A stretch of DNA of 64,000 nucleotides, taken from NCBI RefSeq assembly GCF_006345805.1, contig NC_042998.1, positions 7,006,001 to 7,070,000 on the forward strand, written 5' to 3'. Under the pieces are notes generated by a model. It was not told the origin of the DNA. It saw only the letters and a program-made list of their open reading frames with translations, and ran no database searches. The DNA is from Octopus sinensis (lineage: Eukaryota). Shown one piece after another: positions 24,147-36,636 of this stretch. A program made the position numbers and the translations under genes. Numbering within the stretch: the stretch's first letter is position 1; each line of letters opens with the position of its first letter.

Positions 24147-24452
24147 GGCGTAGGAGTGGCTGTGTGGTAAGTAGCTTGCTTACCAACCACATGGTTCCAG
24201 GTTAGTGCCACTCATGTGCCGGTACCTCATAAAGTGCACCCATGCCAGTGACTTTTAAGAAGCATTCAGCATATTCTGTAAAGCGGTTGGCATTAGGAAG
24301 GGCATCCAGCTGTAGAAACCATGCAACAACAGACCAATGGATCTTGGTGCAGTTCTCTGGCTTGCCAGCTCCTGTGAAACCATCCAACCCATGCCACCAT
24401 GGAAGACAAACTTTAAACAATGATGATGATGATGATGATGATGATTATGATG
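24147..24452 (+). mobile_element. Chimera: SINE-A tRNA head joined to RTE tail
   Basis: ggcgtaggagtggctgtgtggtaagtagcttgc..ccacatggttccaggtt is joined directly to gtgccggt..ggcattaggaagggcatcc..(GAT)n. Confidence 0.65.
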
Positions 24453-24459
24453 AGGATTA

Positions 24460-24969
24460 CCATAAATCCTTGAGTATAGTCCACCCTTGAGTATAATACG
24501 CAGGGGATTTTTAGAGGGCTATAACTCTGAAAAACCTAAACCTTGTGTATAATACGCACCCCTTCGCTAACTTGAGTCAAGGAGGTCTATATAACATCCT
24601 TGGTCTGTAAAAATGTATACAGTAATGCCCTTTATTATTATTGTATATATAACAATGCAAACATGTAGCTTTTTTGTGCATCTTGTTTGCAGAAAATAAA
24701 GAAATAACAGTAATAATGTTTAATAAATGTTGCTTACTGCAAGTTAAGGATGATTCTTTTATAACTTCATTGTTTTCAGGCTAAGCTTAAGGTATTTTTG
24801 TGACCGATATCACAAAATGCGTCTGAACAAATATTGCCGGACAGTAAAGAGAGACTCAGGCATTGCTTACACAATAATTTTCATTTTTAACCTCGTATAT
24901 AGTACGCACTAGGGATTTTGACCTTTAAAGTTTGGGGAAAAAATGTGGATTATACTCGAGGATTTACGG
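24460..24969. mobile_element. pogo/Tigger-like MITE, TA target duplication
   Basis: Ends are TA|CCATAAATCCTTGAGTATAGTCCAC and GTGGATTATACTCGAGGATTTACGG|TA. Subterminal gtataatacgca repeats are present. Confidence 0.85.
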
Positions 24970-25587
24970 TAGTTATATTGGACCTCTAGAGAATGAGTTT
25001 TATATTATTTGTTGAAAGGAAAAAAAGGTGACAATCTGGCCAAATCAAGGACAAAATGTTGAACAAGATATCTGAGGTCAGCTTTGCTTTACATCCTTTT
25101 GAGGGTGATAAAACAAATCACCAGTGAAGAACTGGGGGTCGATGTAATCAACTTATTCCCTTCTCCTAAAACTGTTGGCCTTCTGCCAAAATTAGGAAAA
25201 ACATTATTTTCCGGAAAAAAGAATTTAACATCACTTGCTAGAATTTTCTCTGAATATTGATTAATGTAAGTTATTAATGAAAATTAAATAATAACACAGA
25301 TGATAAAGTTTGAGATTGGTAGGTAGATAGGTAGAAAATAGTTGAAAGGTTCTAGTAGTAGTCGTAGTAGTAGTAGTAGTAGTAGTAGTAGTATAAAATG
25401 TAGAATTATTGCTTCAGTTTATTATTAAAAAAAACATTTGTGTCCAGACTAAAACAGATTCTTTTCAAATTCAAAGTAATTGGAGAAGATTCAGATATGA
25501 GCATTATATAATATGTGTATAATCAGATTGTGAAAAAGAGTGAGAGAGATAAATAGATAGATAGAGAGAGAGAGAGGAGAAAGAGAG

Positions 25588-25780
25588 TTTCTACAGCTGG
25601 ATGCCCTTCCTAACGCCAACCACTCCGAGAGTGTAGTGGGTGCTTTTACGTGCCACCGGTACGAGGGTCAGTCAGTATGGCCATGGAAAAATCGTGTTTT
25701 TTTTTTGTTTTTTTTACGTGTCAACTGCACACTGGCACATGTACCAATAAGGCGATGCTGGTAGTGAGGCGATGTGTGTG
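25588..25780 (-). mobile_element. RTE-tail fragment
   Basis: gtttctacagctggatgcccttcctaacgccaaccactccgagagtgtagtgggtgc. Confidence 0.75.
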
Positions 25781-27116
25781 TGTATATGTTTGTGTGTCTG
25801 TGTTTGTCCCCCCAACATCGCTTGACAACTGATGCTGGTGTGTTTACATCCCCGTAACTTAGCAGTTTGGCAAAAGAGACCGATAGAATAAGTACTAGGC
25901 TTACAAAGAATAAGTCCTGGGGTCGATTTGCTCAGCTAAAGGCGGTGCTCCAGCATGGCCACAGTCAAATGACAGAAACAAGTGAAAGAGTAAAGACATT
26001 AACCTGAGATTAAAGGATGTGATACTTATCCAAAGTGCTATGAGGTGGCATTGTACCCAAAACCACTTGATTGCAAAGCAAAATTCTTAACTACATAGCC
26101 ATACCAGTACTTAGGTATATCTGTTCCTAGATTTAAATACAAATAGAAGGTAAAGGAATGGAATATCAATAGGCATGTATGAATTAAAAGTAAGGCAAAT
26201 TTGGCTTGCAGTGAAATTGTAAACATTCCACAAAGATAAGCCTGGATAGCAGAGACAAGGACCACATTTAGTTGGTCAACAAGGCACCATGGAATCAGAT
26301 GAGAGTCAACAAGTCGTATCCTGTTAGCAACCTTGTACATTGTGCAAGGGCCAAGCACTTAACTTTCAATAACAGTTCACATTGCTGCAATAGGGTGGAA
26401 CTGATCACTGATACAAGCAATAACACCATTGTAATACCAATGTTTCGTTAGCGCACGACGCCAAGTTTTGGTTATTGTTAAGTGCTAACAATTTTAATTG
26501 TATTTTAATTCTTTCACAACCACAATAGAGTGAGCTTCAAAGCTAAAAATAAATAAGAGACAGGAAATATATAGATATAGATGGTTTCGAGGAATCCATT
26601 TTATCATGGATAAGTAGAAATAAAAATGATAATGATATTATTCTTTGAAATATAGCACCTAGTCATTATTCCTTCATATTTGTCTTTTAAGCACTCTCCA
26701 ATGAAATATTTCTGAAATACTAAGTTAAAACATTATATTCTTTCCACATATTTAAATTCATGCAATTTACCAGAAATCTACCATCATATATCTTCCTAGA
26801 ATTTTTATAATGAATGAACAAAACTGATTTTATTTTCAACGATTCAGTGTGTTCATTTCTTTTACAATGCTTCTAATAACACTTCCTATATATGCTATTT
26901 CATATATTATTCCTTTGTCCTTACCACTTACTAATCAAAAGCAGAACAGAATCAAAGAAATCTATATTTTACTCACCTTTAGTTACTATAATTGCATATT
27001 CAGATCTTTTTATAGAAATTATGAAACTTTTTTTCAAAACTTTTTCTTTTGTGTATGCCAAGATTTTTGTTTTAATTTTTGTGTATTATATGCACTTAAC
27101 TCAACTCCCACTGATG

Positions 27117-27170
<54 letters not shown>

Positions 27171-27935
27171 TGTCCATATTCATATATTTCAAAACTGAGA
27201 CGAGTGTGTACAAGAATTAACATAAATACATACATATATCTATCTGACTATGTTGTTCTCCTTCTACTCTAGATGCATACACATTTGAAAGACACATTAA
27301 AAAAAAAATGAAATAAATAAGCACAAATATCTCAAAGAACCATCCTTATCTCTACCAGAGATTCTGTTTTAATAAATTTACTACACTATACTTCTACAGT
27401 ATCGATCAGAAATGTTTGTACTTGTGTACGCTATCGATAACATGTTTCTGAGCCAAATTGCTAACGGCACTGAGATTTTGCTTATTAGAGTTTTTCAGTG
27501 CAGTAACATTACTTTTAATCAGCTAAGAGAGGAAACAAAAATTGTATTGCCAGATCACATTTTACCAAATGATCTGATGAAAGATTCAACCAATCGTGGC
27601 TGTGTGCAACCACATCTCCTTCTAGAGTCTGTCGAAGCTAAATCAACTGTTAAATCTTAGTCTAATCATTTGTCTTAAAGGTTACTCACATGAATAAACA
27701 CTACTGTATGTTTTTTGTGTATTTTTGTAGATATTTTAATATAAGCAAGAGGTGTGTGTGTGTGTGTATATATATATACACATATACATACACAACCCAT
27801 GCTAGCATGGAAACCAGACATTAAATGGTGATGATGATATATACATACATATACATATATATACATGTACATATATATATATATATATATATATACGTGC
27901 GTGTATGTATATATATACATACACACACGTATATA

Positions 27936-27973
<38 letters not shown>

Positions 27974-28049
27974 TATATAAATATATATGAACTTATACAT
28001 GTACATATATAAATATGTATATATATATATGTGTGTGTACATACATATA

Positions 28050-28080
<31 letters not shown>

Positions 28081-28560
28081 GTGTGTGTGTATGTATGTAT
28101 GTATGTATGCATGTACATGTATACATACATCTATGTACATATATATGTATATATAAGTATATATATATAATATAATATATACAGAAATTAGGATAATAAA
28201 CATGTCTTTGATGTAGTTCTAGACATATGAATGCACATATTTTTGTGTGAAAATATCTCTGGTTCTGTATATAAATTTTAGAGTTACACTACAGTATTTA
28301 AACGTTTTGTTGTGGAACTTTAAACAGATATAAATAAATCTCATTTGCATTTAGCCAAATCAGGGTACATTGTCCTAACCTATTTTGCAGTTTGTTCACC
28401 TCTCATCAGATGGAGAAATAATCCAGGAGAGTTTATTACTAAGAGCTATTTCTATTAAACATTAATGTGAAGTTTGCTATAATGGTGTTGTGCGGACGCC
28501 CCCAGATGATGAAGAAGGCTATCCCAATACGTAGATCAGTGGTTTTCAACCAGGGTTCCG

Positions 28561-29065
28561 CTTTAGCAATGGACTTTTGTCACTTGAAGACCAACCTTGT
28601 TCAGGATGACCATCGACTTCCTAATCAAATGGAAACATCATGAAAATTCATGAACGGATTTTGGAGGACCAGCACCAAACAATTAACGAACTTGTTGATA
28701 TGGCTGGAGTGTTCTGGAGATCCTGCCAATGAATTTGGAACGAGGAATTGCAAATGAAAAGAGTTGCAGCAACATTTGTGTCTTGCTTACTCACAGAAGT
28801 TCAAAAGCAGTCATGACTGAATGGGTGTCATGAACTGGAAGAACAGTTGGAAGTAGATACAGACTGTTTTTCAAAGATCATCACTTGTGACGACAAAAGC
28901 TAGTGCTATGGAATTTGCAGATGTGGAAGAAGTGAAGAAAAAAATGATGGAGGTGTTAAAAGCATCACTTTGCAAGAGTTCCAGCACTGCTTCCAACAGT
29001 GGAAAATACATCTGGACCGATGCATTGCTTCACATGGAGAATACTTCGAAGACGATAAAAGTGTA
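28561..29065 (+). mobile_element. Decayed, internally deleted mariner transposase
   Basis: SLEDQPCSG*PSTS, MKRVAATFVSCLLTEVQK, KIITCDDKS*CY (cf. IITGDETW.Y), then FQHCFQQWK..DRCIASHGEYFE. Confidence 0.85.
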
Positions 29066-29074
29066 AACATATAT

Positions 29075-29330
29075 TTCGTTTTTGGATTTGGTTTGCAAGA
29101 TTCTTTATTTGAGTTCGTGTGTTGAAGCATATTCTGTTGTGTCTAGGGAGAGTCATTTTCTTTTTGTGCCTTATAATGTAACACACTCACCAGTCAAGAC
29201 TATTGAAAAGGTTGCAAGACGCAACGAAAATTTTAGGAAAATAGAAATAAGAAATAAGTGGAAATTTTACTGGTGAGTGTGTTAAATTATATGGTACAAA
29301 AAGAAAATGACTCTCCTCAGACACAACAGA
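29075..29330. mobile_element. Inverted-repeat element (family F4) with hammerhead at 29200-29236 (+)
   Basis: Arms lie at 29133-29194 and 29269-29330. The middle reads CTA-TTGAAAA-G-GTTGC-aagac-GCAAC-GAA-AATT-T-TAG. It sits at the 3' end of a mariner fossil. Confidence 0.8.
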
Positions 29331-29606
29331 GTCTTAACATATAAATACTGCAAAATTCAGGTTTCTTTTGGGCACCCCCTCGTAAATATGTATGTATGTG
29401 TATGTATACAGACGTCTGTCTGCCAAATCCATTCACAAGGCCTTGGCTGGCCCAGAACTATCGTAACAGACACATGCCATGAAATGAGAATGAACTCAAG
29501 ACCATGTAGATGGGAAGCAAGTTTCTTTAGAATTGATTGAAGATTGATAAAATAAGTATGTGTTGATCAATGGGGCTGATGTCATCAATTTATCATCATC
29601 ATCATT

Positions 29607-29908
29607 GTTCGACCGTGGTAATGACATGCATAAGATCTGGTCATCAAATCTAAGTAGAGACTTCAAACTTGAAATCTTCAAAGCCACAGTCGAACCAATT
29701 CTACTATATGGCTCAGAAACCTGGACGTTATCAAAGAAGCTTGAGAGGCGGTTGGATGGAACCTACACTCACCTCCTTATGAGAGCTCAAAATCTCTCGT
29801 GGAAGCGTCATCCAACCTAAATGCAAATATATGGGAAACTACCACCTGTGTCATCTCTTGTGAAAGGTAAGAGAGTCCAGTTTGCTGGACATTGTTGTAG
29901 AGCTGAAA
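29607..29908 (+). mobile_element. RTE-clade LINE fragment (post-RT region)
   Basis: KIWSSNLSRDFKLEIFKATVEPILLYGSETWTL..RRLDGTY..LL..NLSWK.HPT*..RVQFAGHCCR, with one in-frame stop. Confidence 0.85.
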
Positions 29909-30465
29909 TCAATTTATCCCCTCCCTTGAAATTACTGGCCTAGTGCCAAAATTTCAGACCAATATTTCAAATGTATTTCTGCATTTTCCCATTTGTCAAC
30001 CTTGTGATATTTGTCCTCTTTCTCCGATCAATCTTTTATCGACATCCATCATTTCTATCAACCATCACCATCATGGTTCCTCAGGTCTCATGTTTCGTTT
30101 TAGATTTTCACTCATGATAACAATCATGCCACTATCAACTTATATGATGCAATGGTAATTTGGGGAAGAGGAAAAAGTGTAGTCGTCTGTGGGGCTTTTT
30201 TTGTATTTTTTGTTTTTTTTTTTTTTTTTGTCTTTTAACAAATCTGGAACAATTTGAATTTACTCTCATTTAGCTGCATTTTGTTCTGCTCACCTGTCTG
30301 CACCATGTGATGTGATAACATATAGTGTGTTGATATATACAGACACACACACACACACACACACATCTATGTATATACATGTGTAGATACATACATATAT
30401 ATTTGTATATATGTATACATACATATATATAAATATATATGTATATATAATTATAAATATATATG

Positions 30466-30525
<60 letters not shown>

Positions 30526-31175
30526 CATATATGTATATGCATACATACCTACATACATATGTTTATATATGTGTATTCTTTTATTCTTTTACTTGTTTCA
30601 TTCATTTGACTGCTGCCATGATGCACATGTATACATAGATATATATATATGTATGTATATACATACACACCTCTGTATGTATATGCAAAAATATATCTAT
30701 ATCAATATTTTGTGTACATACATATACAGGTCTGTATGTATATACCTATTTATATAGGTATGAATGTATATACATAAATATATATGTATTTGTGTGTGTG
30801 TTTGTGTGTGTGTGCATATATATGTATTTATGTACGCATTAATTTAAGTGTGTGAGTGTTTGAATACACTTTACGTATACATTTGTGCATCCGTGTATTA
30901 ATGCATGTGTATTGTACATATACAGAATAATTATTATATTACATAATACTAAATTTTTTATGAGAATATGGAAAATTGATATTGCGTTTATGTGTGCAGC
31001 TAATACTCTTCTGCTTGGTATTAAATCAAAATCAAACTTTCAATGCATTATTAAACTTTAGAGAAACTACCAGACCAACGACGATATGCCATTACATGGT
31101 GTTATTTATGTTAATATTTTAGTTAGTGATAGCAATTTTTTATTCTCATTTTGTTTGTCTATATTCTATTGGCAT

Positions 31176-31565
31176 GTGGAGGCGCAATGGCCCAGTGGTT
31201 AGGGCAGCGGACTCGCGGTCATAGGATCGCGGTTTTGATTCCCAGACCGGGCATTGTGAGTGTTTATTGAGCAAAAACACCTAAAGCTCCACGAGGCTCC
31301 GTCAGGGGATGGTGGTGATCCCTGCTGTACTCTTTCACCACAACTTTCTCTTACTCTTACTTCCTGTTTCTGTTGTACCTGTATTTCAAGGGGCTGGTCT
31401 TGTCACTCTCTGTGTCACGCTGAATATCCCCGAGAACTACGTTAAGGGTGCACATGTCTGTGGAGTGCTCAGCCACTTACACGTTAATTTCACGAGCAGG
31501 CTGTTCCGTTGATTCGGATCAACCTGGAACCCTCATCGTCGTAACCGACGGAGTGCTTCCATCCA
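31176..31565 (+). mobile_element. tRNA-derived SINE family C with 11-bp TSD
   Basis: Head ggaggcgcaatggcccagtggttaggg..ggttttgattccc; TCTATTGGCAT at 31165-31175 and 31566-31576. Confidence 0.9.
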
Positions 31566-31625
31566 TCTATTGGCATACACATTAGATATTTTGAACCAGT
31601 TTCCCCAGGCTTTGTCACACTCTCT

Positions 31626-31840
31626 CTTTTACTCTTTTACTTGTTTCAGTCAGTTGACTGCAGCCACGCTGGAGCACCGCCCTTAGTCGAGCAACTCGAC
31701 CCCGGGACTTATTCTTTGTAAGCCCAGTACTTATTCTATCAGTCTCTTTTGCCGAACCGCTAAGTGACGGGGACATAAACACACCAGCATCGGTTGTCAA
31801 GCAATGCTAGAGAGACAAACACAGACACACACAAACATAT

Positions 31841-31873
<33 letters not shown>

Positions 31874-32043
31874 CATATATACAACGGGCTTCTTTCAGTT
31901 TCCGTCTACCAAATCCACTCACAAGGCTTTGGTCGGCCCGAGGCTATAGTAGAATACCCTTGCCCAAGGTGCCACACAGTGGGACTGAACCCGGAACCAT
32001 GTGGTTGGTAAGCAAGCTACTTACCACACAGCCACTCCTGCGT
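31626..32043 (-). mobile_element. SINE-A full length
   Basis: Head tggctgtgtgg..ggttcagtccc, body ccttgggcaag and tail (gagtaaaa)n. Confidence 0.9.
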
Positions 32044-33049
32044 CACTTGTTCATGAACACCTCATTTGAGCTTTATCATACAAATTTAATTTCGTGATTT
32101 CCAGCTACTGTCCTTCAATTTTATTTCATGTTCGTTTAGTATAGAACATGTTGCTATTATTCCTCACTTTTATCATGATACCTGACTGATAAAGAATTGC
32201 ATTGTGTCCATCAGTATTTGAGACACCTCCATTTTTACTGTCCTATGCAACTCACCATGACCATCTCTCTGTCTCTGCCTCCCTCAGGCCAATCTTATTC
32301 ACATTCATTATTCATACTCTCATCCTCTCAATTTTCCATTACTCATGGAAAGCATTATTCTTCTATGTCTAACTACCACACTCTCCTCTAGGTCACTCAC
32401 TACCCGTCACTTGTTCTCCCCCTCCTCTCTCTCTCCCTCTTTCTCTCTCAATTAAACAAACATGTAACTACCATTAGTATCTCTCCCCCATTACCTTCTG
32501 TCATTACTGTGTCTCTCTCTCATTGCCACCTGTCTCTTTCTTATTCCTCTACAATTACCTCTCCTAGTTTTCCCTTCCCACCCACACTGGCACACCTGTC
32601 ACTCTTTTTACCTTACTAATCTCTTTTGTTTCCTCCCCACCTGTCACCCTAGTTAATTTTGTACCATTTTCCTCTCTTCTTCCCACTCTTCAAGTCTTGT
32701 TGTCCTGAACAAGCAATCTGCAGCAATTAGGCCTCTTTTCCTTTCTGATTACATGGAAACCTCACTAGTGTTGGTGCCATGATAGAATGCACAAAGTACA
32801 ATGTAAAGTGATTGATGCTAGGAAGAGCACCAAGCCATAGAAAACATGCTCCAGTATAATGTACAAGTGAGACATGGGGCCTGTCTATGTCTGGGAGGGC
32901 AGCAAGAACTGACTCAGACCGGGACAACTTGTAAACCCATGCCAGTATGGAAAACAGCTGATAAATGTGGGAGATGATAATGATGATGATGTTGATGACA
33001 GCAATAACAACAACAAGATGATGGTGAAGATAATGATGATAGTGATGGT

Positions 33050-33472
33050 GGCGGCAGCGTCGGAGGTAGCAGAGGAGTGGCAGCAGCACCAGTAGCAGCA
33101 GCAGTGGCAGCGGGAGTGGCATAGGAGCAGCAGTGGCAGCGGTGGCAGTGGTAGCAGCGGTGGCAGTGGTAGCAGCAGCAGCAGTGGTGGTGGTGGTGGT
33201 GGTGGTGGTGGTGTTGGCGGCGATGGTGGTGGTGGTGGTGGTGGTGGTGGTGTGGTGGTGGTGGTGGTGGTGGTGGTGTTGGTGGTGGTGGTGGTGGTGG
33301 TGGTGTTGGCGGCGATGGTGGTGGTGGTGGTGGTGGTGGTGTTGGCGGCGATGGTGGTGGTGGTGGTGGTGGTGGTGGTGGTGGTAGTGGCAGCAGCAGT
33401 GCCACTGCTCCTGCTGCAGGTTTCGATGGTGACGATGACAACGACAGCAACAATGATGATGATGATGATGAC
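33050..33472. repeat. Compound (GCA)/(GGT)/(GAT) triplet repeat with repeated gtgttggcggcgatggt interruptions
   Basis: Read directly; it is the source of the poly-H/T/P/V ORFs. Confidence 0.95.
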
Positions 33473-33806
33473 ATAACAATTTATTAATAAGTAAGTCAAA
33501 GGAAGAGAAGGAAGGAAGGAGGGAAGGAAGGAAGGATGCCTGTGCTTGTTGAAGGCTCTCTGGGATTAATCTTATTGGCACAGAGGATATTTAGCTCAAG
33601 AACATCTGGAGGTCAGGGTCCATTTGAAAAACAATTCATTTGATGATAGTAAGGGAATTCCAGAGAGTTATGGCACCAAGAGAAAGAAAATCAATAGTTA
33701 GGGATTGAAAGATAAGTGAAAGCTCAAAAAAATAGCTGCAAGTGATTGGAAGCACATCGTCACTTTATTAGTGAAGGTTTTAAAGAAAGGAATTGAAACA
33801 TCTTCC

Positions 33807-34099
33807 GTTGTGTCTGGGGGGAATCATTTTCTTTTTTTAGTCTTGTGATTTAACACACTCACCGGTAAAATTTCCACTTATTTCTTATTTTTATTTTCCT
33901 AAAGTCAAGTCTATTGAAAAGGTTGCAAGACGCAATGAAAATTTTAGGAAAATAAAATTAAGAAATAAGTGGAAATTTTACCGGTGAGTGTGTTACATTA
34001 TAAGGCACAAAAAGAAAATGACTCTCCCCAGACACAACATAACATACTTCAACACACAAACTCACATAAAGAATCTTGCAAACCAAATCGAAAAACGAA
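33807..34099. mobile_element. Second F4 inverted-repeat element with hammerhead at 33911-33947 (+)
   Basis: Arms lie at 33807-33903 and 33943-34038, with a tail to 34099 that matches the 29075-29132 tail. The middle reads CTA-TTGAAAA-G-GTTGC-aagac-GCAAT-GAA-AATT-T-TAG. Confidence 0.8.
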
Positions 34100-34299
34100 T
34101 TGAAGCATACTTCCCTAAAATAGTTTGTATTATATAGTAAGGCTTGTACACAGTAATCTGTTATTTTATTCTTTTACTTGCTTCAGGCATTGAACTGTGG
34201 CTATGCTGGAGCAATTCTTTGAAGGATTAGTTGGACAAATCAACCCCAGATATTTTATATCTGGTATTTATTCCATTAGTCTCTTTTACAAAACTGAAA

Positions 34300-34710
34300 T
34301 ATATATTTTGGCACTTGTGCCCGTGCTAGGAGAGTGCCAAGAGCACCATCCAAGCATGATCATTGCCAGTGCAGCTAACTGGCTTCCGTGCCGATGGCAT
34401 GTAAAAGGTACCATTTGAGCGTGATCATTACCAACATCACCTTACTGGCACCTGTGCTGGTGGCATGTGTAAAAAGATTCGAGCAAGGTCGTTGCCAGTA
34501 CCACCTGACTGGTCCCCTTGCCAGTGGCACAGAAAAAGCACCCTCTACACTCTCGGAGTGGTTGGCGTTAGGAAGGGCATCCAGCTGTAGAAACTCTGCC
34601 AGATCAAGATTGGAGCCTGGTGCAGCCAGCTGGATCACCAGCCCTCAGTCAAAATCATCCAACCCATGCGAGCATGGAAAGCGAACGTTAAACGATGATG
34701 ATGATGATGA
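34300..34710 (+). mobile_element. RTE-tail fragment
   Basis: Internal repeat units plus aacccatgcgagcatggaaagcgaacgttaaacgatgatgat. Confidence 0.8.
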
Positions 34711-35031
34711 TTCATTTGACTAAAAGCCTGCCAAGTGGTGCCCTAGCAGGGCTGCATTCTAGTGAATGAAATAAGTAAATGAAAAAGATAAAAATAAAGA
34801 AAATAATCAATAATATAAAGTGAAAAATTGCAATCTTCTAGTTTTATGTTCTATCGACAGATTATTTATAACCCTCAAATACTTTGAAACCGTGCTAAAT
34901 ATATATATTCTGGTACAAAATTAACTTATTCATAGCTTTAGAGTCTGTTACATAATTACATAATTTTCCATGTGGGTGTTTTGGAAAGAAATCTTCAAGA
35001 TGAACTAGCGGCTGCAATATAGACAACATAT

Positions 35032-35206
35032 AGGTGCAGGAATGGCTGTGTGGTAAGTAACTTGCTTACCAACCACATGTTTCCGGGTTCAGTCCCACTG
35101 CGTGGCACCTTGGGCAAGTGTCTTCTGCTATAGCCTCGGGCCAACCAAAGCCTTGTGAGTGGATTTGGTAGACGGAACTGAAAGAAGCCCGTCATATATA
35201 TGTATG

Positions 35207-35245
<39 letters not shown>

Positions 35246-35462
35246 GTGTGTGTGTTATGTTTGTTTGGTCTGGTTTGTCCCCACTACATTGCTTGACAAC
35301 CGATGCTGGTGTGTTTACATCCCGTCACTTAGCGGTTCGGCAAAAGACACCGATAGAATAAGTACTGGGTTTACAAAGAATAAGTCCCGGGGTCGATTTG
35401 CTCGACTAAAGGCGGTGCTCCAGCATGGCCACAGTCAAATGACTAAAACAAGTAAAAGAGTA
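35032..35462 (+). mobile_element. SINE-A full length
   Basis: Complete head, internal (TA/TG)n and tail. Confidence 0.9.
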
Positions 35463-35692
35463 TATTGGCTTTGAAAACAGAAAATACTCCTTCACAAGAA
35501 GAGCGATGTATAAAGTTTAGCTTGTGCTTTGCATAATTGGTTTTTGAGATTGTAAATATCCTACAGGAAATGGTATACAAAGTTCTATACTTTAACCCTT
35601 TAGCAATCAGATTATTTTGTCAAATATAATGCTTATTTCTTGACGCTGTTTTCAGTGCATTATCTCACAGCTTGGAGATTTCAATGATGGAT

Positions 35693-36098
35693 TACTCTTT
35701 TACTCTTTTACTTGTTTCAGTCATTTGACTGCGGCCATCCTGGAGCACCGCCTTTAGTCGAGCAAATCGACCCCGGGACTTATTCTTTGTAAACCCAGTA
35801 CTTATTCTATCGGTCTCTTTTGCCGAACCGCTAAGTGACGGGGATGTAAACACACCAGCATCGGTTGTCAAGCAATGCTAGGGGGACAAACACATGCACA
35901 CACACACATATATATATATATATATACATATATACGACGGGCGCCTTTCAGTTTCCGTCTACCAAATACACTCACAAGGCTTTGGTCGGCCCGAGGCTAT
36001 AGCAGAAGACACTTGCCCAAGGTACCACACAGTGGGACTGAACCCGGAACCATGTGGTTGGTAAGCAAGCTACTTACCACACAGCCACTCCTGCGCCT
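35693..36098 (-). mobile_element. SINE-A full length (inverted partner of 35032-35462)
   Basis: Complete head, internal microsatellite and tail. Confidence 0.9.
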
Positions 36099-36636
36099 AT
36101 GTTTATTTTTAGAATGACTTTATGGTATATGCGTGAGAGCCTAGATTTGGCTGGTTTCAACATAGATCAGGTAGAATATTTGGACCAGATACGGCTGGTT
36201 AAAAACCAAAGTGTAAAAATAGAATTTTCAGATGATATCTCATCTGTGTTGAAATTGAATATAAAAGTTGTTTTAAAGATCTGGGTTGATATCACAAATA
36301 ATTAAAAGTTGTTGGTAGGGTTCTTAAAAAAACTTATAGTTGAAAATATTGATTCACCCATTTCTGGAAATGCCTGATTTGCAATTTTATCATATATGGT
36401 TTGGGTAGAGATGTAGCTGTGAGGTTAAGAAGTTCTTTTCTCAGCCATAAGGTCTTCTGGTTCAGTCCACCTGTATGATACCTTAAGCAAGTGTATTCTA
36501 CTAAAGCCCCTGGCAGATAAAAGCCTTGTGAGTGGATTTGGTTAACAGAAACTGAAAGAGCCCTCTTAATGTATGTATGTATATATGTATATACATACAA
36601 GACCAAAAAGGGTACAGGCGCCGCTATATATATATG

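Noticed and set aside
27412-27660. 82-aa ORF as a possible terminal host exon
   Set aside because: There is a plausible acceptor but no recognisable homology and no partner exons.
31176-31250. tRNA genes at SINE heads (also 7966, 39869, 52990-53068)
   Set aside because: The A/B boxes continue into conserved SINE bodies with TSDs, and no complete cloverleaf could be supported.
32727-33581. 284-aa, 204-aa and 186-aa ORFs rich in His/Thr/Pro
   Set aside because: They are translations of a (GGT)/(GCA)/(GAT) repeat in several frames, with no domain signal.
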